A model generated the notes under the pieces. That model made no database searches. It was not told the origin of the DNA and saw nothing but the letters and a program-made list of their open reading frames with translations. From an uncultured Chlamydiae bacterium (GTDB lineage Bacteria; Chlamydiota; Chlamydiia; Chlamydiales; SM23-39): 64,000 nucleotides of DNA. Positions 49,764-59,201 of the stretch are shown here, in pieces (position 1 is the first letter of the stretch; each line of letters opens with the position of its first letter). The stretch spans positions 192,001-256,000 of the forward strand of contig CAVSSM010000002.1 of the NCBI GenBank assembly GCA_963730605.1, read 5' to 3'. The translations under genes and the position numbers were made by a program.

Positions 49764-50657
49764 ATGGCCAGTCGAGAATACGAAACTTTTTACGGGGATG
49801 CCTTTTCCAAAAGGACAACCTCCCTCACTCCTTTGGAAGAAACGAGGGAAAACTTTGCAGCGTACTTGTTGGAATTCCCACCTGAGCCCGAGGTGCGCTT
49901 CGAGCCTTTTTCCATCGGCGAGCTTCCTGGAGCTTGGGCTTTTGCCCCCGAGGTGAACCGCCGCAGGATTCTTCTATTTTTTATGGCAGGTGGTTTTACC
50001 GCGGGATCGATCGAGTCGCATAAAAACCTAATCGGAAGGCTCTCCGCCGTAGCTGGCGCCGCCGTCTGCGCTATCCAGTATAGGCTGGCTCCCGAACATC
50101 CCTACCCCGCAGCTCTCGACGACGCCTTGACCGCATACCGGTGGCTTCTGCATCATCCGTATGCCCGCTCGAAAATCCTCTTCAGCGGCATTTCGGCAGG
50201 CGGCGGGCTGTCCCTATCGCTCCTCCTCCGACTCAAACTCGAAAAGATCGCGATGCCGGCGGGCGCCCTTGTCTTTTGCCCTTGGTTCGATCTCAAATTA
50301 AGCGGCGAAAGTTATAGGTCAAATAAAGAAAGAGACCTTCTTTCAACAGAAAGACTTTCTTGGTGCGCTGAAAAATACGCTGCTGGCAAAGATCTTGCAG
50401 ACCCGCTTCTTTCTCCCATTTATGGAGATCTTAGCGGACTGCCTCCCCTCTTCATCCAGGCGGGAACTAGAGATCTTCTTTACAGCGACGCTACAGAGCT
50501 CGTAAAAAAGGCTGAAAAGCAGGGAGTCTCGGTCACTCTCGACGTATGGCCGGATATGATCCACGCCTGGCAGATTTGCGCTCCACGATTTCCAGAGGCG
50601 CAAGAGGCGCTCGAGCGGGCCGGAGAGTTCGTGGACAAACTGTTCAAACTTCTTTAA
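49764..50657 (+). CDS. HSL-family esterase/lipase
   Basis: YRLAPEHPYPAALDD, GISAGG, MIHAW. Confidence 0.85.
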   Translation: MASREYETFYGDAFSKRTTSLTPLEETRENFAAYLLEFPPEPEVRFEPFSIGELPGAWAFAPEVNRRRILLFFMAGGFTAGSIESHKNLIGRLSAVAGAAVCAIQYRLAPEHPYPAALDDALTAYRWLLHHPYARSKILFSGISAGGGLSLSLLLRLKLEKIAMPAGALVFCPWFDLKLSGESYRSNKERDLLSTERLSWCAEKYAAGKDLADPLLSPIYGDLSGLPPLFIQAGTRDLLYSDATELVKKAEKQGVSVTLDVWPDMIHAWQICAPRFPEAQEALERAGEFVDKLFKLL

Positions 50658-51808
50658 AGGTAAATCCGCGGAAGCCGCTCGTTGAGCGATGCGAGCATTT
50701 CGTGGGGGATTGAATCGGCGTAGCGCGAGAGCTCAGAGAGAGTGATCTCATCTCCCCCCTGTTTGCCGATGAGCACCACAACATCTCCCACATAAGCTTC
50801 CCCTTTGCCGATATCGACCATGAATTGGTCCATGCAGATCGTTCCCGCGATGGGAAAACGCTCGCCCCGAATGAGCGCCGCGGCCTTTCTAAAAAGGCAC
50901 CTTCGGTACCCATCCCCATACCCCACGGGCACTGTCGCGATCCGCGTCTCTTCTTGCGTCCGATACGCATGGCCATAGCCGATTCCCGCCCCTTTTTGAA
51001 CGACTTTGAAATAGGAGACTTTTGCTTTCAGGCTCAAGGCTGGGGCGATCTCGCCTGCCGGATCAGTGTTGCCGTCGGGATAATAGCCATAGGCAAGAAG
51101 GCCGGGCCTTACCATATCGAAATAGGAATCCGGATAGTAGGCCACTCCTCCCGAGTTGGCCAGATGGCAAAGAGGGACGCGCCCTTTGACCTCGGCTGCA
51201 ATGGAACGAAACACCTCGATTTGATAGAAGGCAAAAGGATCGTTCGGGACGTCGGATGTGGCCAAATGGGAATAGATCCCTAGGATATCGAAACATCCCA
51301 GCCGTTCGACAAAAGAGAGAAGCGAGAGGGCATTTTCCGCCCGCACCCCGGTGCGCCGCATCCCTGTGTCGATTTCGATATGGACCTTGCATTTTCGGCA
51401 ATCCTTTCCCCTTTTTTTCGCTACCAGTTCCGCCTTGTACTTGGAGCTGATCGAAAACTCGAGATCGAATTCGATCAAATCCCCGATCTGGTCCTCATGA
51501 ATGGCGCCGAAAATCACGATCGGAATGGAAATTCCGGCTAGCCTGAGCTCTACGGCTTCTTTCAAACAAGAGACCCCGAGCGAATCGACTCCGGACTCCT
51601 CGGCGATTTTTCCCATCCGGCAAAGCCCATGTCCATAGGCGTTGGCCTTCACCGGAAGGCAAAAACGGCTCTTTCCAACGATCTTACGAACGCGCGCGAG
51701 GTTTTTCCTAAATTGCCCCGTATCGATCTCGATCCAGGCCGGATGGGCGCATACAGGCCGTAAATGTGTGACGACCCGGTTGCCCTCGATCATTTTCTGC
51801 AACGTCAT
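50654..51808 (-). CDS. alr: alanine racemase
   Basis: VKANAYGHG, DTGMRR.G, HLANS, VGYGDG, CMDQ. Confidence 0.93.
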   Translation of the reverse strand: MTLQKMIEGNRVVTHLRPVCAHPAWIEIDTGQFRKNLARVRKIVGKSRFCLPVKANAYGHGLCRMGKIAEESGVDSLGVSCLKEAVELRLAGISIPIVIFGAIHEDQIGDLIEFDLEFSISSKYKAELVAKKRGKDCRKCKVHIEIDTGMRRTGVRAENALSLLSFVERLGCFDILGIYSHLATSDVPNDPFAFYQIEVFRSIAAEVKGRVPLCHLANSGGVAYYPDSYFDMVRPGLLAYGYYPDGNTDPAGEIAPALSLKAKVSYFKVVQKGAGIGYGHAYRTQEETRIATVPVGYGDGYRRCLFRKAAALIRGERFPIAGTICMDQFMVDIGKGEAYVGDVVVLIGKQGGDEITLSELSRYADSIPHEMLASLNERLPRIYL

Positions 51809-51947
51809 GATCTCAGCATAGACTATACCTCGCGCAGGAAGGTTTTGTGAATTTTGACTCTGCGAGCTAAAGCATAATCGATTCGCATTTTGAGCATACT
51901 GCTATTTTTGAAAAAATTGAACAGTCTGATATCATGCCCCAATCCAT

Positions 51948-52427
51948 ATGGAAGAGCTAATTGGCATCCTCGAAGAAACCCCATGGTGGGTTTTTGTGGT
52001 CTTCTTCTATTTGGTTGTGATTGGCGTAAAGGCGCTGCAACCAAGTACAGTATCTATCTATAGACTCATTATCCTACCCGTTATCCTAACGGTCTGGGGG
52101 CTCGTAGGCATCAAATGGAGCCTCTCTCCCCTCCTCGCATGGGGTGTTTCTGTTGCCCTGGGAATCGGCCTCGGCTGGCTTTTTGTCCGCAAATGGAAAA
52201 TCCGTTACGACCGGAGGCGCGCCACTCTCCATCTTCCGGGCACCTGGTCAACCCTTGTCTTTGCGCTGACGTTCTTCGGCATCAAATACTTCTTCGGGTT
52301 CTACAACGCGACCCATACTGAGATCCCCTTCGAGTTAATGGTCGCAGAAAGCGCTGCCGCTGGCGTCATCGCGGGAATGTTCCTCGGGCGTCTTGCCTTC
52401 TTCTGGAAAAGGTACGAGGAAGTGTGA
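51948..52427 (+). CDS. hypothetical integral membrane protein
   Basis: TPWWVF start; about five TM segments. Confidence 0.75.
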   Translation: MEELIGILEETPWWVFVVFFYLVVIGVKALQPSTVSIYRLIILPVILTVWGLVGIKWSLSPLLAWGVSVALGIGLGWLFVRKWKIRYDRRRATLHLPGTWSTLVFALTFFGIKYFFGFYNATHTEIPFELMVAESAAAGVIAGMFLGRLAFFWKRYEEV

Positions 52428-52437
52428 AACTAAATCA

Positions 52438-52731
52438 TCAAGTAGAGAATAAATCTTCGTAGAGTCTTTTCGCGAAAAGCTGCACCTTTTGACTCAATAC
52501 GGCTGCATTTTGGTTCTGGTCGAAAAGACGGAGATCCTTTTCTTTGAGCCGCACGCGATTCATGGCATTTGCGGCGATCCATTTATGGATTTTGTCGATC
52601 GTGTCGGCCAAAGCGGATTCCGTGATCAGCAGATCTTGGTCTTCCCATTGCTTTCTTAGCTTTTCTCTCGCGCGCTTCGTCTTGATGCTCTCCGGAGCGA
52701 TGCGGCTCCGCTTCTCCTGTTTGCTTTGCAT
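52438..52731 (-). CDS. hypothetical protein
   Basis: GGAGG RBS before ATG 52731. Confidence 0.55.
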   Translation of the reverse strand: MQSKQEKRSRIAPESIKTKRAREKLRKQWEDQDLLITESALADTIDKIHKWIAANAMNRVRLKEKDLRLFDQNQNAAVLSQKVQLFAKRLYEDLFST

Positions 52732-52853
52732 GCGACCTCCAGTCACCGATCTCATCCTAGTAAAAAATCCTTTAAAGATCCAGTGGAAAGAAGGTTCATT
52801 TAAATCTGGAATTTAATACCCGCACTCTTTAGAATTATCGGCTAACTCTCTCC

Positions 52854-53143
52854 GAGACTGTCCACAAACTCAGGCGGCAACAAGTGGCTGAGCGAGACGC
52901 ACGGGGTCCCCCCCACCGACGCATCGTCGGAAGGGGTGTGAAAGCCAGATCGAAAGAGCGAAGCTCCGGTTCGAGAGAGGAAGACATTCTTGAATACGAA
53001 GGATTCCGAGCGAGAATCGATATGGCTGCGGAAACGCGAGAAGATCCAGTGGACCTTCGCAGCGCAGAGCAGATGAGCGAATGCGAATCGGCCCGGAGGG
53101 AGTCGCAGCCAGCCAATTGTCGCCTGAGTTTGTGGACAGTCTC
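52854..53143. mobile_element. MITE-like element D (290 bp) carrying the hairpin module at 52903-52937
   Basis: Perfect 23-bp TIR GAGACTGTCCACAAACTCAGGCG. Confidence 0.85.
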
Positions 53144-53214
53144 TGAGGTGCGCTACGGAAAAAGCAGCCAAACACACAAATTATTTAATTACAAAAATTA
53201 TAATTTTTTTTAAA

Positions 53215-53243
53215 TTGAAAGATTATGATTTTTCTGTTACAAT
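53215..53243 (+). promoter_or_regulatory. sigma66/70-type promoter
   Basis: TTGAAA-17-TACAAT with extended TG, upstream of ATG 53270. Confidence 0.6.
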
Positions 53244-53269
53244 GATTGCATTCTTAATAAGGGAAAAAC

Positions 53270-55401
53270 ATGGCATCCATAACACCAACTAAAACTTACG
53301 AATACAAATTTCAGTCGCCGGCCCAAAGTTACATTGGTCAAAACAGCAGACAGGATCTTCCTAAGCAAAATTTGAACGGTAGAGTCAACGCTCTTCCTCC
53401 AAAAACGAATCGAATTCCGTCGTGTGGGTCACACCGGTTTGTTATGCAACTCTGATCCTAGCCGCCGGAATGGGAATGATGGCTTTGTTGGGCAATCCAG
53501 GTGCCAATCCAACTCCTAATCCTAAACCATCGCCAACTCCAACTCCCATGCCTAATCCAACTCCAACTCCAAAGTCATCGCCATCTCCAACTCCCATGCC
53601 TAATCCAACTCCAACTCCAAAGTCATCGCCATCTCCAACTCCCATGCCTAATCCAACTCCAACTCCCAAGTCATCGCCATCTCCAACTCCATCGCCAACG
53701 CCGTCTCTAACTCCCCTCTCTCCAGATGCTAACGCCAACATCGGCGTCTCCGTTACAACTTTCAATTCCAAGCTCGATGCCACTTCTGAGAACGACATCA
53801 ATGCAAGAATATATAAGTTGGGCGGGGACAATGTAGGTTCTATGAATTCCTTCGGATTCCCTTCGTATAATCAGTCGCATTTTTGCTTAGTTGAGGGAAA
53901 TGCCTCTACATTTCCAACTCTAGAATCAAGCGCATCTCCAACACCGGTTCCTTCTTCGAACTCACTACTAGTACTGTCGCCGATAGCATCGACTACCGAG
54001 TTCCCGATTTCGAGTGAGCCAAACCCGACACCGATACAAACACAACAAACGCAGTGGACCAAGAATGTCTTGGGGGTAATCCTTCCTGAATCCCTCGGGC
54101 ATGATGTGACACTTGCGCCTTGTGCAGCAAATGTAGCTGCAGTAGCCATAATTCCAACTCCAACTCCCAAGTCATCGCCATCTCCAACTCCAACTCCAAC
54201 TCCCATGCCTAATCCAACTCCAACTCCCAAGTCATCGCCATCTCCAACTCTCATGCCTAATCCAACTCCAACTCCCAAGTCATCGCCATCTCCAACTCCC
54301 ATGCCTAATCCAACTCCAACTCCCAAGTCATCGCCATCTCCAACTCCCATGCCTAATCCAACTCCAACTCCCAAGTCATCGCCATCTCCAACTCCCATGC
54401 CTAATCCAACTCCAACTCCCAAGTCATCGCCATCTCCAACTCCCATGCCTAATCCAACTCCAACTCCCAAGTCATCGCCATCTCCAACTCCCATGCCTAA
54501 TCCAACTCCACCGTCGCTATCGCCAATGGCTCTAACACCCGTGCCAACGCCGGAGGCGAAGCCATCGTCAACTCCGGTAGAGCCAACAAAACAAAAAGAA
54601 GAATCTTCCTTCACAGATCCTCGGCACGTTTTTATAAAGGAGACGGCCATGAATGGCGATCCCTTTTACATGGACCTCATTGTAAGCTACTGGAAAGAAG
54701 GGACCATTTCTTCTTCAGACGAAGAGAAATCTGTCATTATAAATGCTTTTCACTCAAATCTCTTAAAGCAAGCCAGGCAAGGCTACCCTATCGCTATGAA
54801 TAGATTACAATCCCTTTGGAAGGATGGGACGCTTTCCGCTTCAGAAGAAGAAAAATTGTCCATCAGGACTGATTGTAATGCAGTCACACAGCAGAACTTT
54901 GAAAAACACCTCAAAGTAAATGCCATGAATGGCGATCCCTTTTACATGGACCTCATTGTAAGCTACTGGAAAGAAGGGACCATTTCTTCTTCAGACGAAG
55001 AGAAATCTGTCATTATAAATGCTTTTCACTCAAATCTCTCAAAGCAAGCCAGGCAAGGCTACCCTATCGCTATGAATAGATTACAATCCCTTTGGAAGGA
55101 TGGGACGCTTTCCGCTTCAGAAGAAGAAAAATTGTCCATCAGGACTGATTGTAATGCAGTCACACAGCAGAACTTTGAAAAACACCTCAAAGTAAATGCC
55201 ATGAATGGCGATCCCTTTTACATGAACCTCATTGTAAGCTACTGGAAAGAAGGGTTCATTTCCTCTACAGACCAAGAGATAGCCGCCATCAGAGACGCTT
55301 GCGACCGGGCAAGAGGGAAAAAGTATTCCAAACCTTGTATTTCTTCTTCAGATGAAAGGGAATCTACCATCAGAGATGCTCACCTGGCAACCTCAATGTA
55401 A
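53270..55401 (+). CDS. membrane-anchored Pro/Thr/Ser-rich repeat protein with C-terminal helical repeats; apparent frameshift near 53420
   Basis: ORF 53270-53455 has the promoter and RBS and overlaps ORF 53422-55401 out of frame; TM segment; ([16 protein letters not shown])n. Confidence 0.65.
53511..54510 (+). repeat. 48-bp coding tandem repeats in two blocks (about 3 and 7 units)
   Basis: CCAACTCCAACTCCCAAGTCATCGCCATCTCCAACTCCCATGCCTAAT units near 53511-53690 and 54154-54510. Confidence 0.92.
54646..55252 (+). repeat. 276-bp near-perfect tandem duplication (about 2.2 units)
   Basis: Units start at 54646, 54922 and 55198. Confidence 0.92.
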
Positions 55402-55617
55402 AACGATTTTTTAAATTTTTGTTTAAAACCTAGATCCCTCGTGAGTGAAAAAACGGCTTGATAGAAATTTCGCTCGACGTGCGATCAAGCCAAGATTTGA
55501 AAACAAGTAGTTGCAAAATTGAAGATATATTAAAGAAAATATTTAACTTTATGATTTATTTAAAATAAAAATTAATTATTTAAATTATTTATTTTAATAT
55601 ATTCTGGATAATTTTAC

Positions 55618-55647
55618 TTGGCATAATTAGCAAAAACATGCTATAAT
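55618..55647 (+). promoter_or_regulatory. sigma66/70-type promoter
   Basis: TTGGCA-18-TATAAT with extended TG. Confidence 0.6.
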
Positions 55648-55676
55648 CCATGCGAATTTAAGGGGAAAATCCACGT

Positions 55677-57515
55677 ATGTCAACTTCAACCATCTCTCGC
55701 CGCACGGCGCCGGCTCCCGCTATAGCAAAAGGGCGGTCGTTGCAAAGCATCTCCCTCTCCGATCTCCAAAAAAGGACGGCTGCAGCTGCGAAATTGGAAA
55801 GCATCTTTAATGGGATTAAACCGGGACAAAAGCTCGGCAATGCTGGAGTTTATTTGGATAAACTCAAAAGCCTCGAAGTTCAAGCCATCCAAGATTATCG
55901 CAAACTCTTTGATCCCAAAATAACCGTGACCGAACCGGTCAAAAAAGCGCGCGCCGCTCTCGAACAGCAAGTCGCTGTCTTGCGGAAAGCGATCGCCGCC
56001 GCAAGGTCGGCCAACGTCATCCCTGCGGCTCCGCAGGAGCTTCCTTGGTCGGGACAATTACGGGATGCGAAAGATACCCCTCTTCATTGGGCGGTGAGAA
56101 AACGGGACTATCAGACAGCCCTCCTCATCAGAGAGCAAATGCGCCTCCGAAGCTTGGCAAGGATCTGCCAACACTATGCGGGAACCGTCAAGAATGGGCA
56201 GATCTCCGCTATCCTGAAAAAACAAGGGTTTGCGCCAAAACTGATCCTGGCGCTCGAAAAACTCCATATTCTCAACTATAAGACGCTCGATGCCAAAACG
56301 CTCCAGAAAATCTGCGCAGATGCGGAAGTCGTCAAAGTTGTCCAAGACCCCGATTTCCGGAAAATCTTCGCCGATCCAACCGCGATCGACGTGTTCAACG
56401 GCCTTGATATTCTCATGTATGAAGACTCTCGCGGGCTGAATCCTCTCGATGAGGCAGAGCTGCAGCAAGACACGAATATGAAGAATCTTCTCCGCTTTCC
56501 CCATCTCGTCATGAACAAGGAACTGAACAATTTATTCTGGGGCCGCATCAATGAAATCAGGGGCCGCATCGCCGAGGCGCGCCAAATCGATCCGGACACC
56601 CTCTCGGACATTTGCAGAGCCGCCTATCTCGGCGATATGGATCAGCTCATAACGGAGACCGACTTCAACGTGAAAGATGAAAAAGGATTGACGCCGCTCC
56701 ATTACGCCCTTTTAGGAAGCCAGGAAGAAGCGGTCGTCTTTTTATTGAACCGCTGCGACAATTATACCCTCACTCCGCAAGGTCTCTCCTACTTCGATTA
56801 TGCCCTCTTTTCAGGACATCCCGGCATGGTCAACCTCTTCGAGAAGCTCAACATTCCATTCCGGCTAGGCGGGGACCGAGAAAAGTTCAGTTATCTCCTC
56901 GCAAGCGGCACCGCCGACCGAGGATTGGCTATGATGGCCCGCTCCAAAGATCCCATCGGCATGGGAGGGAAGGACCAAGACTTTTTGGGAGGCAATCTCA
57001 ATGCCCTTTGGGCCGGAACCGCTCTTTTCAACCGGGCTGTTTTTGGGGTCAATCCTTCCACTCTTAACCTCAGCTGGCCGCCCTATATAAGCACATCTTT
57101 CGAATCTATATTCTATTCATTCAATCACCACATTGTGGGAGTAGGTCAGGTTTTCAAGCTTCTTCCCAGTTGGGCAATCACGCCCGCTGCCGCAACCGTT
57201 GATCTCGTCAGGACCGTGTCGCTGTGGGCCGCTCCCCTTTATTTGCTGGGCAGCCAAGCAGCAGCCCTAGCGCAGGTGGATCTGCCAAAACTCTTGAACG
57301 ACCGCGGCCTCGGTACTGCTCTAAAAGCTTGGGGCGTGGCGGGACAAGTTTTCTCCGTGATCAGATTATGGGCAGCGATCAAACCCGTGATCGATCGAGT
57401 GCCCGCCTATTACGAGGCCTATGCAACCCGTCCGAAACAAGTGAGGAAAGCCCTTGCATGGGATGTTTTCAACATCGGAACTCAAGGCTTGATGACGCTC
57501 AGCGCTTTCGCCTAA
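55677..57515 (+). CDS. ankyrin-repeat protein, effector-like
   Basis: DTPLHWAV, GLNPLDEA, GLTPLHYA, GLSYFDYA; hydrophobic C-terminal region. Confidence 0.75.
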   Translation: MSTSTISRRTAPAPAIAKGRSLQSISLSDLQKRTAAAAKLESIFNGIKPGQKLGNAGVYLDKLKSLEVQAIQDYRKLFDPKITVTEPVKKARAALEQQVAVLRKAIAAARSANVIPAAPQELPWSGQLRDAKDTPLHWAVRKRDYQTALLIREQMRLRSLARICQHYAGTVKNGQISAILKKQGFAPKLILALEKLHILNYKTLDAKTLQKICADAEVVKVVQDPDFRKIFADPTAIDVFNGLDILMYEDSRGLNPLDEAELQQDTNMKNLLRFPHLVMNKELNNLFWGRINEIRGRIAEARQIDPDTLSDICRAAYLGDMDQLITETDFNVKDEKGLTPLHYALLGSQEEAVVFLLNRCDNYTLTPQGLSYFDYALFSGHPGMVNLFEKLNIPFRLGGDREKFSYLLASGTADRGLAMMARSKDPIGMGGKDQDFLGGNLNALWAGTALFNRAVFGVNPSTLNLSWPPYISTSFESIFYSFNHHIVGVGQVFKLLPSWAITPAAATVDLVRTVSLWAAPLYLLGSQAAALAQVDLPKLLNDRGLGTALKAWGVAGQVFSVIRLWAAIKPVIDRVPAYYEAYATRPKQVRKALAWDVFNIGTQGLMTLSAFA

Positions 57516-57596
57516 TCAACGCGTGTTAATAAATTTATTTTCCGAAAAATTTGCCGCATGTATTCTTGCCGTTCACGAAAATTCGAGCGGCGTGGA

Positions 57597-58538
57597 ATGA
57601 TGCTTTTGATTTTCTTTATCTTCGTTGGCTCCCTATTCGGCGTCGATTACGACTGTGCCATCGTAGGGACCAGCCCAGCGCCGCTCTTCGAAGCGCTCTA
57701 TAGGCACTACTCAGGGGAGCGGGTGCTCCTCCTTGAAGCGGCCCATGAATGCGGCGGGGCTTGGAAATCGATCGATATCTGTGGGATCGCTCACGTCGAT
57801 ATGGGGTGCCATGAGCTTAATAGCCCTCCGGAACTTACCCAATTTTTAGAACAATACGCCGGCTGCCGCATGATCTCATGCCACAAGAGTGTTTACTTCT
57901 CGAAGGGATGTTTTGAACTCATCGGCAACTTACTCAAACGAATCAAGGACGCCGGCATCCCCCTGTTGACCGTTTGCCGAGTCGAATCGGTGTATTTGGA
58001 CCAGGATAAAAAGGTAGCCTTCCTCAAAACGCAAATGGGAACATTCACTGCCCGCAAAATTGTGGTTACTCAGGGAAGCTCCTTTGAAATCGACGGGATC
58101 GGCAGGGAAAAAGCCTCTCAAAAATTCTATCATCTTTACCTCTTGCTCCAAGATCCAACTCCAAGCCGCTTTTCCTATCAAGAGGGGACGGTGCCAGGAG
58201 TTATGAGGATGATGAACTTGACTCCGTTTCTTGGGCTAGCAGAAACCGGCCGGCAGCTCATCGTCTTGCAAACTCGCTCGGATACAGAGGTCCATAAAGT
58301 GAATTCTTTCGTCTCGGGTCTAAAGCTTGCCAGTCTGATCGACCCTGGAGCCTATTTGCTAAAGGCCGAACCGTATGTTTACGAACAAGGGCCTCCTTTT
58401 CCAATGAACCAGCTGAGCCAGAACCTGAAGATGTTCTTCGAGATGCTGAACGCATCCCATTTCAATGCGATTGCCAGTTATATGCCGAAATGGAAAATGA
58501 TATTACCTCCTTACGTGGAAGGACACCTATCCAAATAA
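57597..58538 (+). CDS. FAD/NAD(P)-binding oxidoreductase-like protein
   Basis: YDCAIVG...LLLE...CGGAW degenerate Rossmann motif; signal-like N-terminus. Confidence 0.6.
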   Translation: MMLLIFFIFVGSLFGVDYDCAIVGTSPAPLFEALYRHYSGERVLLLEAAHECGGAWKSIDICGIAHVDMGCHELNSPPELTQFLEQYAGCRMISCHKSVYFSKGCFELIGNLLKRIKDAGIPLLTVCRVESVYLDQDKKVAFLKTQMGTFTARKIVVTQGSSFEIDGIGREKASQKFYHLYLLLQDPTPSRFSYQEGTVPGVMRMMNLTPFLGLAETGRQLIVLQTRSDTEVHKVNSFVSGLKLASLIDPGAYLLKAEPYVYEQGPPFPMNQLSQNLKMFFEMLNASHFNAIASYMPKWKMILPPYVEGHLSK

Positions 58539-58562
58539 TTCCCGTTTTGCGATCCTAAACTC

Positions 58563-59183
58563 ATGGATCTTCTCTTTTTCTTCAAGGGGGCCGCTCTTGG
58601 TTTTGCCATAGCGGCTCCCGTCGGGCCGATCGGCATTCTCTGCATCCGTAAAACGGTCCAGTTCGGAAGATTCTCGGGGTTTTGCTCAGGGCTTGGAGCC
58701 GCGGTCGCAGACGCGATCTATGCGATCATCGCCGCCTTTGGGCTGACATTTGTCTCTGACTTTCTCATCCAGGGGCAATTTTGGCTTCGGCTCGTCGGAG
58801 GAGCCTTTCTGATCTATCTTGGACTCAGGACCTTTTTCGCCCACCCCCATGAACCCCACGTAACGGCCACCACCCGCAGGACGCTCTTTTCCGATTTCCT
58901 TTCGACCTTTTTGCTGACCCTCACCAATCCCTTGACGGTGCTCTCCTTCCTCGCCGTGTTCGCGGGGCTTGGGCTGACCACATTTTCAGGAAGCTACGCG
59001 AGCGCATCCTTACTCGTGCTTGGAGTCCTTCTCGGCTCGACGTTATGGTGGCTGATCCTGAGCGAGGGCGTCACCCTTTTCCGTAAAAAAGTCAGTGAAA
59101 GAGTGATGGGCTGGATCAATCGGATCGCAGGCATCTTGATCATGATCTTCGGGCTTCTCGCCTGGAGCAGCGTCAGCTGGTGA
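58563..59183 (+). CDS. LysE family translocator
   Basis: IAAPVGP, LTLTNP, TM helices. Confidence 0.88.
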   Translation: MDLLFFFKGAALGFAIAAPVGPIGILCIRKTVQFGRFSGFCSGLGAAVADAIYAIIAAFGLTFVSDFLIQGQFWLRLVGGAFLIYLGLRTFFAHPHEPHVTATTRRTLFSDFLSTFLLTLTNPLTVLSFLAVFAGLGLTTFSGSYASASLLVLGVLLGSTLWWLILSEGVTLFRKKVSERVMGWINRIAGILIMIFGLLAWSSVSW

Positions 59184-59201
59184 TCCTTCAGATCTAAATG
59201 G

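Noticed and set aside
53511..54510. CRISPR-like periodicity
   Set aside because: Contiguous in-frame coding repeats with no unique spacers and no cas genes.
53442..54650. Gly/Val/Asp-rich minus-strand ORFs
   Set aside because: Antisense shadows of the Pro-rich repeats.
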